A stretch of 64,000 nucleotides of DNA from Octopus sinensis (GCF_006345805.1 NC_043004.1:81654001-81718000); one strand, 5' to 3'. Counted from the stretch's first letter, positions 26,222-39,369 are shown. Numbers and translations are program-made. Notes: generated by a model from the letters alone, not told the origin.

Positions 26222-26826
26222 AACAACAAACAAGATGAGGACAAATATCCGTCAAATGTAAATAATGTAAATAATGTAAGAAAGAAAAGGATAAAACAAT
26301 TATGATACATGGTTAAGAAATTTGTTTCCTTAATATGTGATTTCGGTTTCGATCCCGTTGCATGACATACAAAAACTGATTAAAATGTATTGGAACTGTT
26401 GCTATGGTAATGGTGCTAAAGTATGCAGAGTGAAGCCGCTTGGCAAAGATTGACCTTGAACTCTGTCGCGCATGCACACTAAGTCACAACGTTCTCGATC
26501 GCTTCCGTTGTTTGTGGCAGTGCTTAGAAGTAAAGCGTGTAAAGTGTGGTCGTCTCAACTCACCACAACGCTTCACTCAGTTACCACGGCAGAGGAAATG
26601 CGTGTGTGTGTGCGCACGCCTGTGTGTGCATGTGTGTGTGTATGTGTATGTGTGAGTGTGTGTGTGTGTATATGTGTATGTGTGTCTGTGTGAGCGTGTA
26701 TGTATGTGTGTGAGTGTGTGTATTTGTGTATGTGTGTGTGTGTTTGTGTGCGCGTGAGTGTCTGTATGCGTGAGTGTATGTGTATGTATGAGTGTGTGTG
26801 TATATGTGTATGTTTGTGAGTGTGTG

Positions 26827-26858
<32 letters not shown>

Positions 26859-26904
26859 AGTGCATGCGTAGAAATAGACACGACTTGAAGGGTGTAACAT
26901 CCAA

Positions 26905-27091
26905 GAATCTTTCCATAGAATCAAATTCTTCTTGGAAAAAAACAAGATTTCAAGACGTCGCAGAAATCCAAGAAAATGCAGCGAAGAAACTGGTCGCTAT
27001 CCCTAAAAGAGGAGTTTCCAGGAATGCCTGCATCAGTGCAAACGATGCCGGATAAAGTGCATAACTTCAGAAGACGACTACTTCGAATGAG
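26905..27091 (+). pseudogene. Mariner transposase C-terminal remnant
   Basis: With frameshifts: RFQDVAEIQENAAKKLVAIPK-EFQECLHQCKRCRIKCITSEDDYFE. Confidence 0.75.
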
Positions 27092-27175
27092 ATTAAAATG
27101 CTGAATCGCTTTTTACTACCCACAATCTCGTTACTATTGATCAGACCATGACTGAGTATGTGTATTCTGTTATAG

Positions 27176-27270
27176 CATTGGTTCTCAAGGGGGCGCTACT
27201 GTCACCCCGATGGACGTTGAGACGGTCAGGAGAGCGCTGGGCCTGGGGGCGGTTAGCGGGTAGTGGGGGT
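27176..27270 (+). mobile_element. Possible hAT MITE 5' end
   Basis: cattggttctcaagggggcgctac resembles CAGTGGTTCTCAA hAT termini; partner end not found. Confidence 0.35.
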
Positions 27271-27344
27271 AGAGAAAAAAGAGGCGTTGGGAGGAAGGCA
27301 GAGAATTGGGAATTGGGGGACGATATGAATTTATTATAATCTAT

Positions 27345-27866
27345 TTTACTCTAGGCATAAAGCACGAAATTTTTCGGGGAGGGGGTCAGTCGAGTCGACC
27401 GCCCCAGTACGCAACTAGTACTTAATCTATCGAATCGAAAGGATAAAAAGGCAAAGTCAACCTCGGCGGAATTTGAACTCAGAACATAAAGGTAGACGAA
27501 ATGCCACTAAGCATTTNNNNNNNNNNNNNNNNNNNNNNNNNNNNNNNNNNNNNNNNNNNNNNNNNNNNNNNNNNNNNNNNNNNNNNNNNNNNNNNNNNNN
27601 NNNNNNNNNNNNNNNNCATCTACTAATGGTACAAGGCCTGAAATTGTGGCAGAAGACTAGTCGATTACATCGACTCCAGTATTCAACTGGTACTTATTTC
27701 ATCGGCCCACGAAAGGATGAATGGCAAAGGTGACCTCGAAGGAATTTGAACTCAAAATATAAAGACAGTCGAAACGCTGGGAAGCATTTTTTCTCCGATG
27801 GTGACTTCTAGTATTCGCCCATATGCATGTATGTGTTTGTCTGTGAATATATCTGTCTCTATTAGA

Positions 27867-27926
<60 letters not shown>

Positions 27927-28398
27927 CTTTACTACCCACAAGGGGCTAAACATAGAGGGGACAAACAAAGGGATTAAGTCGATTATATCGACCCCAGTGC
28001 GTAACTGGTACTTAATTTATCGACCCCGAAAGGATGAAAGGCAAAGTCGACCTCGGCGGAATTTGAACCCAGAACACGTGACAGCAGACGAAATACGGTT
28101 ACGCATTTCGCTCTGCGTGCTAACGATTCTGCCAGCTCGCCGCCTAATATATATAATATATATATATATTTCTTTACTACCCACAAGGGGCTAAACATAG
28201 AGGGGACAAACAAGGACAGACAATGGGATTAAGTCGATTACATCGAACCCAGTGCGAAACTGGTACTTCATTTTTATCGACCCCGAAAGGATGAAAGGCA
28301 AAGTCGACCTCAACGGAATTTGAACTCAGAACATAACGACAGACGAAATACCGCTAAGCATTTCGCCCGGCGCGCTAACGTTTCTGCCAGCTCGCCCT
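27345..28398 (-). mobile_element. Cluster of four SINE A copies around the assembly gap
   Basis: Copies near 27345-27516, 27617-27790, 27923-28147 and 28160-28398. Confidence 0.8.
27517..27616. other. Assembly gap (100 N)
   Basis: Exactly 100 N; true size unknown. Confidence 1.
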
Positions 28399-28854
28399 AC
28401 GTATATATATATGTACGAGTATACTTCGCACACAAACATACGCACATACGCGCGCGCGCGTGCACATACACACACTCATGCAGGCACGCACATGCGCGCG
28501 CGCACAAGGATAAATAACAGGTTGGCTTCATCAGTCAGCGATGTCTGGAGATGTTTTCGACGATGTCTGAAACACGTAAATGTCACAGGAACTATTCTGT
28601 TGAATACCAAATATAATTATTCAAAACATTTACTGTTGTTGTTCCTACTGCTGACCCGCAACACACACACACACACACACACCACACACACACACACACA
28701 CGCACACAGACTCACAATACATACATGTATACTCATGTATACACACACATTCAATACATTTCTACATACACACATACCTACTTATGTACACGCACAAATA
28801 CACAAACACATATATACATATACGTATGTACATGCATATATATATATATTATAT

Positions 28855-28890
<36 letters not shown>

Positions 28891-29045
28891 ATATATTATA
28901 TATAATTATATTATTTGCGTTCTGATACACCCACAGACACACCACGCATACAATGTCTACATACATACATCCATGCATATTTATGTATACATACGCTAAC
29001 ACATATACATATACGTACGTACATGAATATATATATATATATATA

Positions 29046-29086
<41 letters not shown>

Positions 29087-30126
29087 ATATCACACACACA
29101 AACATACATATACACGTACACATGCATATATATATATATATATATGTATATTAAATAAATGGAATTAAACGCAGGTGTTATTCAAATTCTTTTACTTCCG
29201 ACACATGTTCGAAGATATCACTGGTATTATTCCAAAGAAATAAAATGGTGTAAAACAATGTAATCTTCTCTTCAGGGAAGTGAAGAAATGAAACTCGTCA
29301 ATAAGTCATTTTAATATTTAACGCAATGATATAATATATAGTATGAATGTATGTATGTATATATATATATATATTATATATATATATTATATATATATAT
29401 ATCTGTCTGTCTGTAAGATGCATGCGAAACTTTAAGTCACATGGAGCTGAATCAAGCTATTTTAAATAATAATGATAGGTAAGTCCGAGTAAATGTGTTG
29501 AGTGCCTATTGCTTTCGGTTTTCAAGTGGTTGCGTCTACACAAATCACTATTCTTCCATCACCACAAGACTTTCAGCAGATGGAATGACAATGAGGGTCA
29601 CCACAAAGAGACATCTGTACCTCATTGGATTATAGTGATAAATGCCTGTACAGGTTGCGTACAACTCTCGGAGTCTTCTTGATATATATATAGAGTGACA
29701 GGCCGAAGCGAGATGATGAGAAATCGCGTGAAACTACTGGTTTTAGATCAGTGTCCTTCTCTGAGAAGGATGCTAGTTGATCCTCACTCCTAGTGGGTTT
29801 ACATGCTAATTAGTCCGTATCTGTAACTAGGGTTGCCATTTTTTATTCCCTACGTTGTCGTGAAAATGAAATCCTGTTTTTAAACCATGTGGCAACAAAC
29901 AAAGAATAAGAAACAAATTGGCTATGAATTAGTTTCAACCTTCGTTAAATCCATAGTCGGGATTCACCTGTAACGATGGGCAAAAGTAGTTATCTGAACA
30001 CACTTGTGAGGGTCCATTCAGATGACGTTCATTATTTTCCCCCAAAAGAAAAAATTTCATTTTTAGCCATATACATATATACATACATATATATATATAT
30101 ATGAATATATATATATATATATTATA

Positions 30127-30263
<137 letters not shown>

Positions 30264-30540
30264 GGTCGTTATGTCCTGTTATGTATTGTGTAACATTTCT
30301 CCGTTTTTTTCCATCCTTGTTTTCGTATACATTCGCTGCTTTCTTCCAAGGAATGTAATGCTCTTAGCTTATTCTTTCCTTGGAGCTGGCCAGATTGGAC
30401 CAATCTCGAGTATAACTAGCCGAAATTGCAAAGATAATCTGGAACTCGACTGAGGATAGAAAATTCCGAATGATTCGTCCTTTGTTTTCCTTGTATCGCC
30501 TGTCTGGATGCTTTGCGTTCTTGTCCCATTTTTGTATTTG

Positions 30541-30573
<33 letters not shown>

Positions 30574-30852
30574 TGTATGTATATATATACACATACATAC
30601 ATGCACACGCAGTTACACACGCACACATACACACACACACACACATTTTCCCATCTATCAAATCTACTCGCAAAGTTTTGCTCGTCCTAGGGCCATAGCA
30701 GAAGACAATTGCATAAGGCACCAATGAGTGTTCCTGAGAAGCAAATTTCTTACCACACAGCTACAATCCCGCCTCATACATACATACATGCATACATACA
30801 TACATACATACATGCATGCATACATACATACATACATACATACATACATACA

Positions 30853-30884
<32 letters not shown>

Positions 30885-31041
30885 CTCTACATACACACAC
30901 ATACACATGTATGTATTGATCTCTCTCAGTCTTGCCAACTGTGTGTAACATGTGTTGCTGAGGTGTTGTAATAAGACCGAAACACGGAAGTTAAGTTTAA
31001 GACGAGATCTGCTCCAATTTGCATTGTCTGTTATAATTTGT

Positions 31042-31288
31042 AATTGTGTAAATGTGCGTGTGTTTGTGTGTGTGTGTGTATGTATGTAGGCAGAAAGGGT
31101 GAGAAAGACGACGCATCTATGACGTACGTTGCAGGTGGAGTGTGTACCCCTTACACCTGAGGAAATTGTGTAAATGTGTCTGTGTATGTGTGTGTGTATG
31201 TATGTATGTACGCAGAAAGGGTGAGAAAGATGACGGATCTATGACGTACGTTGCAGGTGGAGTGTGTACCCCTTACACCTGAGGAAAT
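31042..31288 (+). repeat. 122-bp tandem duplication
   Basis: Units start at 31042 and 31164. Confidence 0.9.
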
Positions 31289-31339
31289 GAACCGTATTAA
31301 CTTTCAATGCATTCAGCATGAAGAGAAACGTCCAATTTA

Positions 31340-31410
31340 ACCTGAAAAAGTAAACTTCATGGACGTCACACTTGACTTATTCTGGAAGTCATATGAGCTG
31401 TTCAAACTAA
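31340..31410 (+). pseudogene. Penelope-like RT fragment
   Basis: EKVNFMDVTLDLFWKSYELFK resembles the PLE-type VNFLDVTLDL...YKP motif. Confidence 0.5.
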
Positions 31411-31545
31411 AAAAATAAAAGAAAATAGAAAGAAAGAAACATAAAAATGACGCAAGCGAAACACCTGCGCATTGGACATTTATGCAAATACCATTATCGT
31501 TGTAAAATAGAAGAACCTGTATAACGTTTCAGGGAAGAATCTCAC

Positions 31546-31667
31546 ATTATTTGACGTGAGGGTATTGTCTTTATGCTTAAATGAAACCACATTGAAAGAG
31601 AACCGTCGAACAGGAAGACGAGACGACGCTGCAACGCATTCATGACATCGAGATAATAAAATGCATT
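31546..31667 (-). CDS. PDE7: Probable upstream PDE7 exon (ECILLSRCHECVAASSRLPVRRFSFNVVSFKHKDNTLTSNN)
   Basis: Strong acceptor ttgtttgtcttcag, donor gtgaga, open phase 1 to 0 and compatible with the 25662 exon; VAASSRLPVRRFSF resembles PDE7A VSVSARNIRRLLSF (recalled). Confidence 0.55.
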
Positions 31668-31836
31668 CTGAAGACAAACAACAAGGATCACCAGCGTGGT
31701 GCTGTGCTTAAGAAGCTCGCTTCGTCTGTGGTGTCCAGGGTTCAATCCACTATACCACTACGCGCCACCTTAGGAAAGTGTTTACTACTATAGCCTTCTG
31801 AGTGGAGTTGGTTGACGGAAACTGAAAGAAACCCGT

Positions 31837-31883
<47 letters not shown>

Positions 31884-32007
31884 ATATATATATATATACT
31901 ATATATACATATATATACATATATATACATGTATATATACATATATATATATATACATGTATATATAGATATATATGTATGTGCATATATGTATATATGC
32001 ATATATT

Positions 32008-32050
<43 letters not shown>

Positions 32051-32206
32051 ATACGACGGGCTTCTTTCAGTTTCCGTCTACCAAATCCACTCACAAGGCT
32101 TGGTCGGCCCGAGGCTATAGCCGAAGACACTTGCCCACGCAGTGGGACTGAACCCGGAACCATGTGGTTGGTAAGCAAGATACTTACCACACAGCCACTC
32201 CTACGC

Positions 32207-32239
<33 letters not shown>

Positions 32240-32652
32240 ATATATATATAATATATATATATATATTGGGGCACCATCTTGAGCAGTATTTAGTCGAATG
32301 AATCGACCCCTATCGGTTTTTTGTTGAACCATTAAGTTACAGGTTCATAAACAGACCAACACCGGTTGTCAAGCGTGGGTGAGAGTAAACAGCCACAAAG
32401 GCACACACATACACACACGCACGCACGCACACATACGATGGGCTTCCTTTCAGTTTCCGTCTCCTAAATCCGCTCACAAAGTTTTGGTCACTCCGGGGCT
32501 ACAGTAGAAAACATTTGCTCAAGGTGCCACGCAGTAAAAGCGAACCCGGAACCATATAGCTATAAATATATATGTATATATATGTATGAATATATATTCA
32601 CATACACACATATGTCTGTGTGTGTATGTCTGTATGTATATATATATATATG

Positions 32653-32685
<33 letters not shown>

Positions 32686-33472
32686 GTGTGTGTGTGTGTG
32701 TGTTTGTGGTGTGTGTGTGTGTGTGCGTGTCTTCCTGTTTGTGTTTGTCCTTCATCATCGATGTTGGTTTGTTTACGTCCCCGTGGCGTAGCAGTTTGGC
32801 AAAACACATCGATAAATAAGTACTAAGTTAAGAAAAACAAACAACAAAACAAAAGAGTACTGGGTCAATTTTTTAAAAACTAAAACCCTTCAAGGCGATA
32901 CCCCAGCCTGGCCGCAGTCCAATGACTGAAACATGTAAAAGATAAAAGATACAACACCATTGTAAAAAATATGTGTTGTAAAAACAACAACGTCTCACTT
33001 GCCAAACAAAAATTCCATCATGAACGACATAGGAGATAAGCTAAAGCTGTAGGAGGATTATAACACATAAAGGGCCATAATGGAAATATCAGACAACCTC
33101 AACAGCAAGAAGAATCAATATTCAGAGGCCGCCATATATAACGCTTGCTGCACGACACTCGTTGCCCCTCCTCCATTTTTAACTCCCCACAACAGATCAA
33201 CATTCCTACCTAGTTTCCAAGCCTTCACTCGTCGTATTTTCCCCTTTGTGTCATTGTTTCTCTTTTCTACTCCATCTATGTTTTTCTGTGTCTTCTTATT
33301 TCCTTATTGCCCACAAGGGGCTAAACATAGAATGGACAAACAAGGACAGACAAAGGGATTAAGTCGATTACATCGACCCCAGTGCAGACGAAATACCATA
33401 ACGGCAGACGAAATACCGCTAAGCATTTCGTCAGGCGTGCTAACGTTTCTGCCAGCTCGCCACCCTTTTTGT

Positions 33473-33510
33473 GTTTTCTGATGAAGGACAAACGTTCGAA
33501 ACGTTAAAGC
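33473..33510 (+). ncRNA. Minimal type I HHR
   Basis: CTGATGA 33478-84, extra A, GGAC-aaac-GTTC, GAA, ACGT, T17 at 33505; stem I GTTTT/AAAGC. Confidence 0.72.
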
Positions 33511-34058
33511 TTTAAGCTAATGCCGTATTTGTTAAACATTGGCCCTCTTGTGCTGTTGTCCTTTTATTGCTCATTTTATTTACATTTGATTTGTATACGT
33601 GTACGTATATGCGTGTATGTGTGTGTCTGTGAATGTATGCATGTGTGTGTTTATACCTATGAGTCAATGAGGGAGCCTATGCAGTCGCTTGGTTTGGTAG
33701 TAATAGCAGTAAAACAATAAAAAGAAGAAGAACGACAACAACAATAACCATCACACATTGTGTAACAAGCAATAAGATACGTCTGAACTGACATCAATAT
33801 GTTATATTTGGAAGCATGTCGGGAATTGGATCGTACTGAGTTTGTTTGTAGATGAAGTTTATAAATCTGGATAAGATCGTATTTCGACGAGATGTGAATT
33901 CTGACAACTCCACCTTTAACAAAACATTACAAAACACCTTTTATTAGAGATCTATTCAAGCGGAACTGGCTCGGTGCTAAATAACAAGTATAATTATTAT
34001 ATTAATGACATGTAAGGACACTGCATTTCGCTATGAAACCATAATATACTACAAAGTA

Positions 34059-34584
34059 CAGGTCGTCGTCGACTTACGACCTGCCCGACTTTACGACGAT
34101 TGGCGCGCCAGCTCCCGGCAGCAATAATATACAGTCCAGTTGAAATCTAATGGGTTTACTTTCTTAGAAATGTAATGGGTTTAATTTCTTTGAAATCTAA
34201 TGGGTTTACTTTCTTAGAAATCTAATGGGTTTAATTTCTTAGAAATTAACCCATCTACGGATGATGTCAGCTAACAAACGCTTCCCCTAGGTTTGGTTAT
34301 CGATCGCCCCTGTAGTTATCCTGAGCGTTGGAGAAATATCCTGTCGCGGAGACATCGAGGCAGCCTCGTATTTGTTTATAAGACGACAGTTTGAGACACG
34401 GAAATGTTTTGACTAACGCCATTATAATAGTATAATACAAAATGTTGTGTGTGACTTTTACTTGAGAATGTACGTTAAAGATGTAAAAATATAAAACAAA
34501 GCTATGTATAGGCCGACTTACGACCAAATCGACTTACGACCAGTCTGTCGGAACCAATTGTGGTCGTAAGTCGACGACGACCTC
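34059..34584. mobile_element. Pogo/Tigger-like MITE
   Basis: 23-bp TIR caggtcgtcgtcgacttacgacc (one mismatch), TA on both sides; internal 25-bp minisatellite near 34141-34240. Confidence 0.85.
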
Positions 34585-36289
34585 TATGTCAAATGTTTAA
34601 TATAATTTTGTAGCGTATTATGGTTGCATAACGACATACCGTGTTCCTATAAGTTATAAATATTTACGTGCCCAAGTAGAAAAGAATATTTACGTACCAG
34701 CTTCTAGGAATGTGTTTGATATGTAAAATCGGTATCTTCAAAATCGATACACCGCTAAATTAAGTGGTTATTTAAGCAATGTTTTCGTGGGTGATTAAGG
34801 GGTTAGATGGGTGCTGGTAAAGGAGCAAAAACTCCAAAAATATGGCATATACGACCATTATCTAGTTTTCATTTTCGATCTCATTGTTGTTCTTTACATC
34901 TGGCGTCTCGGATACGAAACGTTGTTGACAAAATCAGCGCTGGCTGATTTACATCTGTAGAAGTAACCATAACAGATGATTATATCGGGAGTGAATTAAC
35001 TTCATCTAATCCACATAGATAATCGAATGTTGATAAATAATCAATAATTCCAATATCTAAATTTAAATATTTCATTTTTGTAGCGTGAAAAACGAAGAAT
35101 ATGTTACAGTACAGGAAAGCAGTAAAACGAGAGCACCGTTGTTGATAAGTTCTCAGGCTGTGATAAAAGAACTTTGTCGAGTCGATTAGATGAATAATTA
35201 AATAAATAATTTACTACTAATTTAATTTATGGATACTGAAACTGAAGTGAAATACAATCTGTGAGCGTGTGTTTATTGGCAGTATGATCTTCTCGAAGAC
35301 AGAATTAGTATCAGACTTAAAAAATAAGTACTGGGGTCGACTTGTTCGACTAAATCCTTTGATGCAGTGCCGCAGCATGGCCAAAATCCACTGACAGAAA
35401 CAAATAAAAAACGGACGGACGTTCTTATTTTTAAAACACGCCGCATTTAATGTCTCCAACTTTCTTTCTTTCTTTCTTTCGTTCTTTCTATCTTTCTTTC
35501 TTTCTTTCGTTCTTTATTTCCTTTCTTTCCTTTTCCTTTCTTTCTTTCCGTCCTTCTTCCTTCATTTCTTTCTTTCCTTCTTTATTATTTATTTCTTCCT
35601 GTCCTTTCTTCTTTCCTTCTTTTTTCCTTCCCCTGTTCCTCGCCCCCCAACTAGACTTAGAAACCCTTCGTAAAAGGTCATGGAAACTGCCCTTCTTTTT
35701 CTGATAAAAACATAGAAGAAAAAAAGGAATGTTAAAAAAAAAAGAGCAGAAGTATAAATGCGGACATAATGGTTACCTGTCAGTTTAAAAGTGTGATTAA
35801 TTGAACAGGTGTTAATTGACCGACAAACTAAATTGCAAAGAAACAGACAAACGGCTACTTAAAGATTAAATAAATATTAACATCACCATCTCAAGCAGAA
35901 CAACTATAATATTAAAATGGCGACTGAATTTCATTAAGTAATCAGTCGTAGGAGAGCGTTTATAACAGTAAAGATAGAAGAGTCAACGGGTAAAGATAAA
36001 GATAAGGATAAAGATAAAGATAAAGAGTCAACGAGTAACTGTCTTTTGAGGAAACTTTTATATGAAACCTGTGTCTCTATGTCCATACTTTGTTTTAAAG
36101 CAATCACTATTTGTGTAACAGCATTTAGGATAAACGTTTGAGTGCGAGAGTCAATATCACGTCTGGAGGTAAAGCAGCTCTGTAGAAGTTTCAACGCCTT
36201 CCACCCCTAAGCCACAGTTGTCCGGTATCATCTACCGATGTAAGCAACAAAACTCTTATAGGAGATTTGTTGCATCAGAATTAGCAACT

Positions 36290-36640
36290 CTAGGCCAAAT
36301 GTTTCTACCATCTTCAATGCTCATTCTTATTACACTACTCATCTCTCCCGAGCCACGTGTAATTTTCTGAAACATATTTGCTTACTTTCGCAGTTAGTCA
36401 AACACTTTTGAGTACCGAACGAACCCTTGTTCCAACATATCCTCTAGCATCTACCATTACAGTAGGGCATATTGCTCCCCATCTATTGTTTTCGCGTATC
36501 TCAACCAACTCACTGTATTTTCTGTCTTTCATGAGGAAAATGACTTCGATGTTCACTTCCTGGGAAACTGTCCTTTCAGCTGGGTTCGATACAATCACAA
36601 TTATATCGGATTCATGTCTTTTAGTATTACACCCGACTGT
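36290..36640 (-). pseudogene. Restriction-like endonuclease remnant of a Hero/R2-group retrotransposon
   Basis: DIIVIVSN...KYSELV...WGAICPTVMVDARGYV resembles PD..ELTV..KY.EL..GW...PVEVG.RGF. Confidence 0.55.
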
Positions 36641-37585
36641 TTGTCTTCTCTGTTGTTTATTTGTTCCGTTAATTGATGTAGATGTCGTTGTTGTTTAAAC
36701 TCATCGATTTATCGAAGCTGTGGTCAAAGGCACAAAGGCACGTATCATACATTAACGCTCGACTGCTTGTCTCGCCTAAAATCTTTACAAAAGGCGTTCC
36801 CTATGTGACTGTCTCGTCTTTTACCTCAGATGAAGACTTCACTTAACTCTTACATTTTCATTGCTTTTAGTTTTGTTTTTATGGTATCTGTATTCCCTGA
36901 CCGGACGGGTCTATGAATATAGGAGTGCCTTTTGTAACTACCCTAGATATAGTGTATGGGGTATGCCTGAGTATATCATAATTAATATAAGGAAATCTAG
37001 CGAGATTATCTACACCATCAGTAGACAGAACTCCCCCTAAAGATGTTTAAAATCTAAAGGGACAAGCATGAGAGTTAGCTTCAATGAGATCATTTGAACA
37101 ATTTATTGTTTTGACAATGTACTCAAAATAGCCCAGATGGGGCGCAATATGGTCCTTCGAACAAGCTGATAAAAAGCAATGGGCATGTTTCGTTCAGTTT
37201 TATAAGGCCTCCCCAGCAAAACATAGTTTATTCACTTCACATGACAAAGAATGATATATATACACACAAACATACGTATGTATGTAGGCATATATATATA
37301 TACACGTCTGTATATATGCGGGAGCAACTGTTTTATCGAAAGCGTATATTGTTGTTAAATGCTCGAAATACGAGAGTAGAAAAACAGCAAACAACTGATG
37401 AAAGGTCGTTCTTTATGTTGTTTATCTTGTTTTCTGTTTGTGTCTTTCGTTGTTCGAAAAAATAGTTCATATTCCATGTACTCGTACTTCGTATTTTTGT
37501 TGTACACATTTCGTGACGTCCTGTGCCCACATATACTTATATATATACGTATAGATGTAAGTATGTACATATACGTATGTATATA

Positions 37586-37626
<41 letters not shown>

Positions 37627-37867
37627 GCACGCACACACACACACACACACACACAAAAACATGTATATGAGAAGCTTACTTTGAAAACCGGTATAAGTGC
37701 ATATTTGGTCGATTTCACGATAACCATTAAAATACAATCTGCCAGCTGCTGGCTTCATGCACGTGAAATGTTTTCCCGTCAAACTGGGATAGATGCCATA
37801 TAGACAGGAGGTGAATCTTAGTCTTCCAATCAAATTCAAGCATATTCAAGTTGCTGAATTTCCTCAA

Positions 37868-37901
37868 TTACTCAAGTGCCATTCCGATGGCACTTGAGTA
37901 A
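37868..37901. repeat. Perfect 15-bp hairpin with 4-nt loop
   Basis: ttactcaagtgccat-tccg-atggcacttgagtaa. Confidence 0.9.
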
Positions 37902-37925
37902 GCTCTGCAAATGCACACACACACA

Positions 37926-37963
<38 letters not shown>

Positions 37964-38481
37964 CAAGCCAACCGTTCCTCACAAAACAACGCATATGATT
38001 TAAACAAAAGGTCGATGCACTACGCCGTCCTGACACGAACACGGTTCCCGAATTGTTCGTTTACCCAGCTCTTTTACAATTTTCTCAAATCTTACCTTGC
38101 TAATTCCCTGAAAAATACTGTCGCAGGTGTATCTTGACACGGTGCGAATTCTCGTACGTCAAGAAAGTGTGTGATAGTAACATTTATTTAGCAAACCTAC
38201 GCACACTGCAACAATAAAACTGTATCGGTTATACCACGTTCTTTAAACGTTCTAGCGAGGATTATACGCAGAAGGTTAACAGTATTGTTTTGAGGAGAGC
38301 AGAGCTATTTTTGAACAGCAGAGTGTTTGCTTAGGAAGAAAGTGGCTGAGACTAATTGGAGAAATTGCCGAAATCTCTCAGAAGGCAAATAACCGAAGTA
38401 AAAGACCCGAATTAACCTGAACTGTTGGCAATGTTTGTAATCATTGCTTCTCTCAGTTTTGGAATGTTGGCGTCAACACAC

Positions 38482-38529
<48 letters not shown>

Positions 38530-38761
38530 ACACACACATCACAGAGAGACAAACGTGTGTGTGTGTATATATATATATATTTATATACATACATATATAT
38601 ATATACACACACGTATATATATTTATATAGATACATACATATACATATACATATATAATATATATATAATATATATATATATATTATATATATATATATA
38701 TATATAATATATATATATAGAAATATACATGATATACACACATAAACACACACACACACAC

Positions 38762-38806
<45 letters not shown>

Positions 38807-39093
38807 ACTGTAATGTTCTGAATGTAAACACCACTCTCGTTAGTTGGAATCGTCTGGTTCGAGCGCTTGAATTTCAGAGAGCAGTTTCAAGGTAACGATA
38901 TTACGACCGTCAGGGTTTTGACCGCTGAATGGATCGAGGTCAACGGGGTGGGAGAAGGGTTTTAGCTTCTTAGTTTTTTTTACCTGTCCAAGGGTGTGTG
39001 TTTTTTTTTGAAAAGACCTAATGCATTATGAGCTATTCATTGTAGTTGCATTCGCATGAGAGATACATCGTGAATGAGACTTATCCCCCCCCC

Positions 39094-39134
<41 letters not shown>

Positions 39135-39267
39135 ATCCAACAAGGAACACAAAAAAGACCCCAAAAAAACACAACAACGCGAGGACGTGGAACAAATAAA
39201 GTATTATTGGACGCTCAGGAAAGAAGGGAAGAAGGAGGATATATATATACATATACATATATATATA

Positions 39268-39316
<49 letters not shown>

Positions 39317-39369
39317 CATATACATACATATATATATACATACATATATATATATACACACATACACAG

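Larger units (their letters stand above)
25710..26266. mobile_element. Head-to-head palindrome of two [tRNA-like head-(AAT)n-HHR tail] units
   Basis: Arms are reverse complements; A boxes near 25969-79 and 25995-26006; B boxes GAGTTCGATTCC at 25925-36 (minus) and 26039-50; centre near 25986. Confidence 0.8.

Noticed and set aside
31042-31288. Mutually exclusive exon pair in the 122-bp duplication
   Set aside because: Weak donors, stops in two frames and no PDE similarity.
34895-34930. GAAACGTT as another HHR
   Set aside because: No CUGANGA or stem II upstream; the same holds near 5530, 31325 and 47860.
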